64,000 bases of DNA from a virus, in IMG/VR virus record IMGVR_UViG_3300025849_000016, positions 32,001-96,000 of that record, one strand, 5' to 3'. The position numbers and the translations under genes were made by a program. The notes beneath the pieces were generated by a model. It did not search any database. It saw only the letters and a program-made list of their open reading frames with translations, and was not told the DNA's origin. Shown here piece by piece: positions 39,801-49,100 of this stretch. Positions within the stretch are counted from its first letter, which is position 1, and every line of letters begins with the position of its first letter.

Positions 39801-40040
39801 AACAACATTAGATCCGTCTGCTTCTAATACAATTTTACCGTTTGCACCGCTTTCGTCAATGCTTACACTAGTGTCACCGTCGTGTATTTGTTTTGTAATT
39901 TCTCTAACTGAACTGTCAGATTTTTTCATAAACAGTTTACCATCAGCAGTATTAAGAGCTAATTGCCCTTCATCCATTTGTCCTGCTGTTGGTGCTCTAC
40001 CTGCAACACTAGAGCGGAGATGCTTAATCTTACTTGCCAT
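33858..40040 (-). CDS. Tail fibre/spike with T4 gp37-type N-terminus, beta-helix domain and helical CxRD insert
   Basis: LRSSVAGRAP.A....EGQLALN..DGKLF.K resembles the T4 gp37 start. IYVDSVAGSDSNDG...SIKKA / GTGEYLEDNPI form a beta-helix cap. Three HG...G....Y barrel repeats. C-terminal FRTAKVLIQI...EMLILHD...EYA domain. Confidence 0.8.
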   Translation of the reverse strand: MASKIKHLRSSVAGRAPTAGQMDEGQLALNTADGKLFMKKSDSSVREITKQIHDGDTSVSIDESGANGKIVLEADGSNVVEVANAAMNIKVPVVIEDNDSITIREASANGTNGVVIKVPESITSTYDFKLPPTAGAPGQVITTDGSGTLSFENPGITSNMIYVDSVAGSDSNDGFIKPVASIKKACEIASENVYVPKVTVTDTKNDAIQLLTLNKTFIQKEVIAYITYQVANAGGIWSGFTYNSTTCERDVGYIVDAVIYDLKFGGNSKSIEAGKKYYLGTTSTQEVIDNQKPQTVAALEYAKHIAGDIIRNIALTDDQDGNANAPFQTTVTQVTNNTYDDGASSKTAHDDLWDETITILDLGIGQASAIVYGTFTVNLVSIKIGTGEYLEDNPIVVPDNVSIMGDALRSVVIRPQNVQKDIFRIRNAAYMSGFTFRDKLDANGIPTGTYNFAVAFDDPDDHGVSRHSYPGLPIQKTIITASPYVQNCSIISFLGGNGCNVDGSKVFQPNTPVNQLEAENPVAGAAPVQNPSIVGNAFTILSFGGTGYRVSNNAYSQIVSCFQIFCKNGSYAQSGGYLSITNSATNFGTYALRASGFRSEAFEFDRGIIATNGVDGVFQTFDLIGFDRAVTEHYITRFVNSNGDDVTDDYKTSTTTKTFSANSSTVDIANNKFVITTHGFSNGDRVRYDSNGNADIFGIYDETYYYVSLINTNEFQLYEDEELSNLAELGTTSSGTHKFISGDEEFFINEIKNAHTIYQTIVLGAGSYNFTVGQEITGTVSGNTNNAYVYSWDSGTNTLVVSINQVVVSGVTSYVKFTASSTINVDANGNTNISISSVADKTNLHSAKILIRSTLSGGSVNNIALLPGFQCFLHRPSIVNSSAHTWEYAGSGTDYNAMPINGGQSIPDYEQYEDLPGRVYTSGTTELGDFKVGKFITAQNRTGNVTFTNKVSIAQLDSLQLSLSDVTIEAISTDVTLGDNDPGGASHGRLTTQLAQRTFMNNRLGDFLDKQVTSSSVPGAVVQLNSSGKINSDLIPPIRTNSSFTLDKFEERLTLFENIPADEVLSGDNVIEAYTQEVLTVDTATSVVKGETITQANSGATGEVKAAVSSDTSITLVNVSGTFTTNVADTLSGSTTGALNVYPTATTGSVDAQDNYFLSNDSESQFLIIDDPDDSTIHNFVNGTDVTGANTLAEGTIVEYREGVATFTNTNTLPSGSGYGSAGTYINVPLTGGTGSGAKADITVDGTGVVTVVDLTRGGTGYTTGDTLSASDANLGGRSGGSAFTVDVQTVENRLYVNLTGNNVKFVASVTTNEYIEDNNAVIQNINQAGFTTTTFSANAVDNEINYTSNQIIKTAHGLINGDPIEYNANGNTEIGGLENGVVYFVKKIDADTFEVYTSYTLSVASQVDFGTSSNGTHLFRVRNVSTSGNRIFLPNHGYATGTGIRLISSTPPTGLTDGNFYFIGSITTNSFTLHTLRNDAIESVNGTIQSVVDITAENSGTTNFREQNVKIIGTINTSSQNVDNYSSLNSLNIDATNIVSGTISTTRLGTGTANQNTALYGDGTYKRTVRSMTIATNNPISIVGDSVTEGGELKYFGELEIQVDPIDPTAGDVTYTNFGVAAFNKSQFDITADGEVSVLSTADGGQLDASTLNGQSGSYYLNPENNTRSMPITKGGTNLNSYSTGDILYAASNLSLNSDSLTKLGIGPDGYVLKSNGSVPVWSNSITLDALTLDELTVDTDTLFVDGVEHRIGVNTLTPGVSVDINGTDAIKVPVGTTVQRPTPVQGQIRFNTTNNYYEGYDGANWISLQNTGDVDGDTYISTETTPGADNDTIKFFANGVMAAELTETGFGRLDVGDIEINSSYIGTTVSNSNLELRAAGTGTIDIQNPLTVDQGASIEGAVTINDAGASVDFRVETNQQTHALFVDGSSDFVGVQTSTPKAPLQVQDVALDTETTTASGTNAVKIAEWAVADFRTAKVLIQINNASDGEYQAQEMLILHDSTNNAGVKSTEYAVLFTGSSALATFSTQVSGGNIELLATPSTANTLVYKVAKTMITL

Positions 40041-40060
40041 TTTTCAATCCTATATAGTAT

Positions 40061-40090
40061 GGGTCAGGTCCTAAGACGCCCGGTGGTCAA
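40061..40090 (-). promoter_or_regulatory. GC-rich element in the late 5' leader (candidate RNA structure)
   Basis: UUGACCACC-GGGC-GUC-UUAG-GAC-CUGA-CCC followed by the palindrome CUAUAUAG, between promoter and SD. Confidence 0.45.
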
Positions 40091-40102
40091 AAGTTGTTAT
40101 TG

Positions 40103-40110
40103 TATTTATT
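40103..40110 (-). promoter_or_regulatory. T4-like late promoter core AATAAATA(CAATA)
   Basis: Intergenic, just after the stop of 40115..50875. Confidence 0.7.
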
Positions 40111-40114
40111 GCAT

Positions 40115-43100
40115 TTAGAAAGTGCCTTCGTCAATTGTGTCTGTCCAAACTGGAACTCCGCTACCGTCAGTTGTAAGTATTTGATTACTTGTTGATGCGT
40201 CTGCATCTCCTGATGCTGCTGTAACTTGAACATCCCCTGTGCCGTTACCATATAAAATGCCTTTTGATGTTAGTGTGCTTACACCTGTACCACCATGTTC
40301 AACTGCTAGATCACCGCTTGTAACAATGCTGTTAACAGTTAAGTCTTGTACATATAAATCGTTAAACTCTGCATCGCCAGCATTACCACTGAATATTTCG
40401 TTTGAGTTAGTTGAGTCTGGCTTAAATGTAAATCGTCCTGTTGATTCATCATATCCAAAGAATCCAACCTTTGCATCTGTTCCATTGTGCCAAAGGAATT
40501 CTATACCTCTGTCTTTCGAATCGTTAATGCTCGGAGCTGTATCACCACCTAAAGTAAACACCGGATCATCAATAGTAACTGTTGTACTATCTACTGTGGT
40601 AGTTGTACCTTGAACAGTTAAGTTACCAGCAATAGTCACTGTACCGCCAACTCCTGCTGTGTCAGGATCAATTATTAATCCGCCTGTAGTAGTACCAATT
40701 GTAGTTCCATTAATAGTAATATCATCAATGTCTGCTTGACCGGTAACATTTAATGTTCCATTTAGTCCTAGTGTGTTGCTTGAGAATGTAAAGTTTGCAC
40801 TGTCAATTAATCTACCACCTGTGCCAGCTACTGGCACTCTATGCTGTGTTAGATCTTCTACTACTGATCCTGCTACGGTTGCAACTCCGTCAACATTAAT
40901 AGTACCACTAACTGTAGCATCACCTGTTATAGCAAGTGTATCAGAAGTAAATGTTAAGTTTCCGCTATCTTCTACTTCTCCATTAGTGCCAGCTAGTAAA
41001 ACCCTACCATCTGTTAAGTCACTTATTTTAGCTGTTGCTAAAGTAGTTGCGCCTTGCACATTTAGTGTTGTGCTTACATCTAAAGCACCAGTAATATTTG
41101 TCGAATCTTGTAATTCAATTGTGCCTGATCCATTAGTTCTTAATTCTAAATCAGTTGCACTTACTGTAGTTTGAATTACATTTGTATCAATTAATATATC
41201 ACCAACATCAACTCTGTTTGAATAAGTTGTATCGTTATATAGATCCATCAATGTAGATGAACTTGGCATATGAACCCTTAGTCCGTTATTATACGAACTC
41301 ATAGTAGTATCACCTAAGTAAATTGAATTACCATTTAAGTATAGATCATTCCAACGTAAATCTTCAGTACCTAGGTCATATGTATTTGATACACTTGGAA
41401 CAATATGGCTATCAACTCTACCACCAAATGTAATAGTTTGAGCAGTAGTTGCACCTAAATCAACATTACCATTAACTTGTATATTACCTGTAATTGTTGC
41501 TGCGGCGTCAACAGTTAGCAACGAGCTACTAAATGTAAGCTGTGCAGTATCTTCTACTTCGCCATTACCGCCTGCAATTAAAATACGATCCTCAGTTAAA
41601 TCAGTGACAGCTAGAGTTGGAAAACTAGATCCTGATGATGATTCTAATTGTGGTACAGTAAGTGTTGTACCATCAAAAGTAAATCCAGAATCGTCAACTA
41701 ATGCACCGTCTGTTCCGACAAATATAACACGACCTGCTGTTAAATCTGAAACAATTGCACTTGCTAAAGTAGTTTCTCCTGTTACGCCTAATGTACCTGC
41801 AATTGCTGTATCGCCACTTGCAGACGCTACTGTTAGCTTGTTAGCACCAACTACAAAGGTTGTGCCGTCATATGTTAAGTTACTACTACCACTTAGTCTG
41901 CCGCCTGTACTAGGAACAACAATTTGATTGATTGTTAAATCTTCAACAGTTGCTTCGGCTAGTGTTGCCAGTCCGTCTATATCAACAGTGCCGCTTACTG
42001 TAGCATCACCTGTAATATTTGTGCTATCAAGTAATTCAATTGCACCTGTACCTGCAACACTTAATTCTAAATTAGCATTTGATGCAGTTGTTCTAATTTG
42101 GTTACCACTAATTGTAATATCATCTAATTCAATAGTATTAGAACCAAATATTGTACCGTTTATAGTAAGTGTTCCATCAACTAGTAAATCGTTTGTTACA
42201 CTTGCTATTGCAAGGGCAGTACTAGGTTTAAATGTATCTGCTGCTGCATCATAAATTAGTGCTTGTCCGTCTATTATTCCTGATGTATCAACATCAATTA
42301 AGTCATTTATGTTCGGAGTTACATTTTCAAATTCTGTACCAAGTGTACCAGCATATGTATATGCAGCTCTTTCAGGGGTTATATAGTTACTTGAATCATA
42401 ACGTGCTGATGTTGTAACTCTAAAGTCGTCAATGTTACCATTTATATAACCTTCTAAACCATTTGCTGCTGCTGGGTTACCACCAATGTTCCAATCTGTG
42501 GCTGTTAATTCTCTAGTGTAAGCTGAACTTGCACTTATTGTACCGTTAATGTGTCTATATAGTGTGCCGCCTGTTCTTGTAAAACTTACATAATACCATG
42601 TATTTGGAGTTAAAGATGTTGCTGTTAAAATATTTCCATTACTGTCGGTTACACCAAGTGACCCACTAATTTGAAACGATGTAGTGTCATCTGCAGAGTA
42701 AATATAACCTGATACACTACTATCATGGTACACCCAAAAATCAATTGTAAAATCACTAGTACCAATTGCTGTTCGTGTTACATTTAGATAAGAATTAGTA
42801 CCGTTACCTAAATAACTACCAGTTCCGAATTTTTTAACTGTTTGTGTAATTTTTGCATCACCATTGGCAGTAATTGTGCCAGCAATATTACTTTCATCTA
42901 AGAATGTTGTAGCATCTTCACTACCATTACTAGGAATTAACAATAATGTGTTTCCGTATGCAGTATCACCAAACGATCCGCCATAGCGTAAATATTGTCC
43001 TGGTTTAATATTTGATATTGAAACATCACCGATACCATCAACACTTGCTGCTGCTAAGTCAGTTGTAAAATCAGCTGTTTTATATGTTGTAACACTAAAC

Positions 43101-46100
43101 ACACCTGTGCCACTATCAAACGATAGATCACCGCCTGCACTTACTGCTGCACGTACTCTAGTGTCAGTATAATATTTGTTTGTACCTTCGCTTAAATCAG
43201 ATGTGCTATGATTGCTTATATCACTTACAGTGCCAGTAACATCACCAGTTAAGTCACCTATAAATGTCGCAGCAACAAACGTTTCTGTTCCTATAGTCCA
43301 TCTATTATTTGTTTCGTCCCATAGCAATGTAACATTAGTGTCGTCACCACGTTCAATTTCAAGTCCTGCATCTTCAGTTGCACTACCTGTTGCATTTGAA
43401 TTTAATTTAATTGTATTGTCAGCTAAATTAATTTCTTCTGTGTTTACAGTTGTTGTAGATCCACTTACAGTTAAGTTGCCACTAATAACAACATTGCCAC
43501 TTGCTGTAACTGTAGCTGCTGTAATATCGTCTGTTGTTAATGTACCAGCTACAGTAACATCATTAAATTCAACATCATCAGATGTTCCTACTGCTTGACC
43601 AATACTAATTACACCTGTTGCATTATTATATGTTACACCTGTACCGCCACTTAAATCAGCAGAAGTAATATAAGCAGAGCCAGAATTGTCAAATCCTATT
43701 TCACCTGTTGCACTATTATATGTTATCGGAGATGCTGCTGCACTAATTAATCCACGCACTTCTGCATCTGTACGCTCAGTAAATGATATAACACCAGTTG
43801 TGTTATTATAATTAATATCACCGCTTGCACTAATTTTTGCTCTTACTTCTGCGGCACTTGGACCTGTATAAGTAAACGCACCAGTAGCAGTATTATATGT
43901 CATACTTCCGTCGCCGCCGGCATCAGTTAAAGTAATTGCTTGTCTTGCTCTAGCTTGTGTAAAGTATTCGTTAGTAGAACCTTCTGATAAATCGTCAGTT
44001 GATTTATTACCAAAATCAGTATTAAAATCAGATGTTTTATATGTAGTTACACTAAACAAGCCTGTTGCACTATTATATGTTAAGTCGCCACCTGCACTAA
44101 AGTTTCCTCTAATATCTGCTGCACTTGGACCTGTATACGTAAGTGCACCAGTTGAATTATTATATGCAAAAGATCCAAACCCTCCTGCATCAGTAGCACT
44201 TATACTAGTTCTTGCTCTAGCTTGTGTAAAGTATTGATTAGTAGAACCTTCTGATAAATCGTCGGTGTCAAAATTGCTAATATCACTTACTTGTCCAGTA
44301 ATGTTACCAGTAACAGCAGCATAAACTCTGTTAAACTGTGCATCACCTAGTGTTCCAGTAAACACTTCTGAAGTGTTAGTAGCATTTGGTATAAAGCTAA
44401 AGCGCCCTGTACCTTCGTCTAATCCAAAAAATCCTACTTTTGCAGATGTATCCCAGTGTAGGAATTCAATACCTCTGTCTTTACCATCACTTGCACTTAG
44501 ACCACTTATGCCAACTCTTAGTACTGGATCTTCAGTTGTTGTTACAGTTGATTCTACAGTTGTAGTTGTACCTTGGACAGTTAAGTTTCCTGTAACAGTT
44601 AGATTATTGTCAACACTTACATTTTGATTTGCTGCATCAATTACAATCCCGCCACCTGTTTCACCGTTTGCACGTAGGTAAAGTGTGTTTGATGCGAAAA
44701 TTCTAAAGTTATCACTACCGTCATTGTCAAACGCACCAACGTTTGTCATACGTAATCCGCTACCGGTTTGTGCAATACGTAATGTATCTGCTACTGTAAG
44801 AGAATTGCCTGTGGCATTTGCTGCTATTACACCACTTGCTGTTATAGCTGCGGTAGTTGTTTCACCTGTTACTCCAAGTGTTCCGCCAACTGTAGTATTA
44901 TTAGTAACTTCTAATGTGTTGCTCGGTATTAAAACGCTACCTGTACCAGCTGCTTTAAGTTCTAGATCGGTATTTGTATTGTATGTTTCAATAAAATTAT
45001 CATCTATACGAATTTGATCTGTTTCAAAAATTGCAGAACTAATTGTACCACTTGCATTAATATCTACACCACTTAGTGTTGCATATGTTAAAGTTCCGCC
45101 TGCTGTAATGTCACCTGTAACAACTAAGTTACGCCCAACTGTTGCATCTCTTGTTAGAATTAAATCATTACTAATTGTTACATCATTTCCTATTGTAACA
45201 TCATCTGGTAAACTAACAGCAATTTTATTATTACTTACTGTTACAGTTATTTCATTAGTAGTTCCTTCAACAGTTAATTGTTCAGTTAATAAGTCAATAG
45301 TAGTTGAATTTGATCCGTCTGTAATATCTAATGTTTCTACTAATGTTGATGTTGAAACACCTGTAACTCTACCGTATTCATCTACAGTTAACACAGGTAT
45401 AGAAGTTGCACCTCCATAAGTGCCTGACGGATCAACACTTAATGCATCTAATGCATATGTAACTTCATTGTTTGAAATTGCGCTTGAAAGACCAGTGCCA
45501 CCTGTAAATGTTATAGTTTCGCCACCTGCTACTACATCAGTGTTAGACCCGTCACTTAACCCTATACTTGTAGTTATTGACTGTGTTGTTACTGTTGTAA
45601 TACGCCCTTGCGCATCAACAGTAATAACTGGAATTGAAGTTGTAGAACCGTATGTTGCTGCTGTTACACCCGAGTTAGGCAATGACAATACAGGAGTACT
45701 ACTTTCGCCACTACCGCCTGTTATAGTTATATGTCCAGATGTAGCACTAATTGATTCGATATAATCACCAGTTGTATCTGTACCTAATGCTACACTGTTT
45801 GCACCTATTGTAAGTGCAACGTTTGATACGTCTGCGCTTCCATCAATACTAAACGATCCAGTTACGTCACCTGTAGCAAAAGTTACTGTTCTAGAATTTT
45901 CCCAAGCACTTGCAGTATCAGCATTACCTGTTACATCTCCTGTTACGTCACCTGTTACATCTCCTGTTACGTCACCTGTAAATGTTGCATTAGTTCCATC
46001 AGTGCCATTTTCTAATATTTTACTAGTACCATTACTTGCAAATATATCACCAATTATACTGCCTGAAAGTTTATTAACACCTAAACTTACTGGTTTATTA

Positions 46101-49100
46101 AACGCAATATGTTGACCTACATGATTCCATACTAAAGTAGCTTCACCGTCAGTACCTAAGTCAATAGTTAGACCTGCACCGTTTGCTGTTGAACTATCAG
46201 TTGTTCCTTTTGCAACAGTTATGTTAATATCATCTACATCAAGTGTTGTACTATTAATAGTAGTTGTGTTGCCATTTACTGTTAGATTGCCTGTAATAAC
46301 AACATTACCACTTGCTGTAACTGTAGATGCAGTAATGTCATCAGTATTTAAAGTACCATTTGCTGTTATGTTATTAAATATAACATTGTCAGTAGTTCCA
46401 ACAGCCTGTCCGATTGCAAGTGTAGGTGTAGTACCTTCACCTGTATTGTTTGTTATAGTTACGCCAGTACCAGCAACTAATGATTCTACGTAATCACCGG
46501 TTGTATCTGTTCCTAATACTAAGTTACCTGGGTTAAATGTAGTTGTAAGACTAACATTTCCTGACCCGTCAAAAGTAACAGTATCTGAAGTTACATCACC
46601 TGTTAAATTAAACGATCTTGCTGTAGCAAGAATTGTTGCAGTGTCGGCGTTACCAGTAACATCGCCAGTTACGTCACCAGTAAATGTTGCATCAGATCCA
46701 TCAGTTCCGTTTTCAAGCACTTTACTAGTGCCATTACTTGCAAATACATCACCAGTTAAATTGCCAACAACGTTACCAACTACTGCACCAGTGTGTACGC
46801 CAACAGTGTCACCTGTAATATCTCCAGTTGCATCTATTGTTGTAAAATTACCTGCTGCTGCTGTTGTTGCACCTATTACACTATTATTAATTGCAACGCC
46901 ATCAATAGTGCCGCCGTTAACGTCAATTGTAGTAAATGTACTTGTGCCTGTAGATGTTACATCACCAGTTACATCACCAGTTAAATCACCAGTTACATCA
47001 CCAGTTACATCACCAGTTAAGTCACCAGTAACATCACCTGTAAACGTTGCATCAGTGCCATCTGTACCATTTTCTAATATCTTGCTTGTGCCGTTGTTTG
47101 CATAAACATCACCAACTAAGTCACCAGTAATATCGCCCGTAACTGCACCTTCAAATGTTGCTGCTTTTACAGTTTGATATACAGGAGTTCCTGCTGCATC
47201 TTTAAATTCAAACTTGTCTGTAGTTTCATTCCAAAGTATTTGTACGTCAACAACAGAACCTCTGTTAATAAGTAAACCTGCATCTTGTGTAGGAGCAGTA
47301 CCTGCACCTAAATTACTGTTAAGTTCAATTTGATTATCAGCAAGTTTAATTTCTTCTGTGTTGACTGTTGTAGTTGTACCACTTACTGTTAAGTTACCAC
47401 TAATAACAACGTTGCCGCTTGCTGTAACTGTTGCTGCTGTAATGTCGTCTGTTGTTAATGTACCAGCTACAGTAACATCATTAAATTCAACATCATCAGT
47501 TGTACCTACTGCTTGACCTATTGCAATTGTAGGAGTTGCGCCTTCGCCTGTGTTATTTGTTAGAGTTACGCCAGTACCTGCAACTAGTGATTCAACATAG
47601 TCACCAACTGTGTCTGTTCCTAGGTCAACACTATTAGCTTGTATTACACTATTAAGAACAACATTTCCAGTGCCGTCAAAACTTATTGGGCTTGCAACAA
47701 CATCACCAGTTATACTAAAGTTTCTTGCAGTTTCTAATGCAGTTGCAGTATCAGCATTACCTGTTACGTCACCTGTAACATCACCTGTAAATGTTGCATC
47801 AGTTCCATCGGTTCCGTTTTCTAGAATTTTTGTTCCGTCATTACTATAAATGTCACCTGTAATATCACCGCTGATTGTAGCAGTAACAATATTATTAATA
47901 GCATCTACAAGTAATGTACTATCGTCACCAAACACACTACCTTTTACATCACCTAAATGGTAACCTGTAGTATCACCTGTTAAATCACCAGTTACATCAC
48001 CAGTTACATTACCTGTTAAATCACCAGTCACATCACCTGTGAACGTTGCATCGGTACCATCAGTGCCACTATCTAAAACAGTAGTACCTCCAGTGGCCTT
48101 AACGTCGCCTTTAAAGAATGCATTTGTACCGTCAGTGCCACTATCTAAAACTGTCTGTCCACCAGTAGATTTAACATCACCTGTTAATGAACCAGCAAAT
48201 GATGTAGATGTAATTATGCCACCTGCAGGATTATATGATAATCCGTTATCAACTTCTAATCCGTTTACACCTGTTGAAGAACTATCAGCAAAAACAAGAT
48301 ATACATTTTCGTTTGCAGTTGCATTTGCTGTTATAGTAACTTCAGTTGCACTGTCAGCGTTACCAACTAAGTCAGCTGTAATAGTGCCTGCTGCAAAATC
48401 TCCACTTGCATCTCTAGATACAATTGTACTAGCAGTATTAGATGCAGTTGCATTTGAAACTATTTCATATTGAACTGCTTCGCCTGCTACTTGTGCAACA
48501 CTTAAACCAACACCACTTACAGTAATATCTTCAGCATAATTACCTGTTGTGTCAGTACCTAAAAGAACTGCATTTTCTCCAACTGTAGCTGTCAATGTAA
48601 CATTTTGTGAGCCGTTTATTGATACACTACCTACTAAATCTCCACCTAATGTAATGGTTCTAGCAGTAGCCCAAGACCCTGAAGTACCAGTTACATTACC
48701 AGTTACGTCACCTGTAACATCGCCAACTAAGTCAGCATGTACTGTTCCAAATTGAGCATCTCCAGCATTTCCACTAAAAACTTCTGAATTGTTAACTGCT
48801 TCAGGGATGTAAGTAAACCTTCCCGTGCTGTTATCAAATCCAAAAAATCCTCTTTTTGATGCTGATCCATTATGCCAAAGGAATTCACTACCTCTATCTT
48901 TACTATCATTTGCTAGTAAACTACTTACACCTAACCGTATAACTGGATCTTCTATTGTCATTACAGTTGTATCAACTGTTGTTGTAGATCCGCTTACTGT
49001 TAAATTTCCGTCTACAAATAAATCATTACCAACAGTAAGATTTGTTGTAATTTCTACTGTACTAGGAAGTCCTACGGTTACTTTGTTATTTGATACAACA

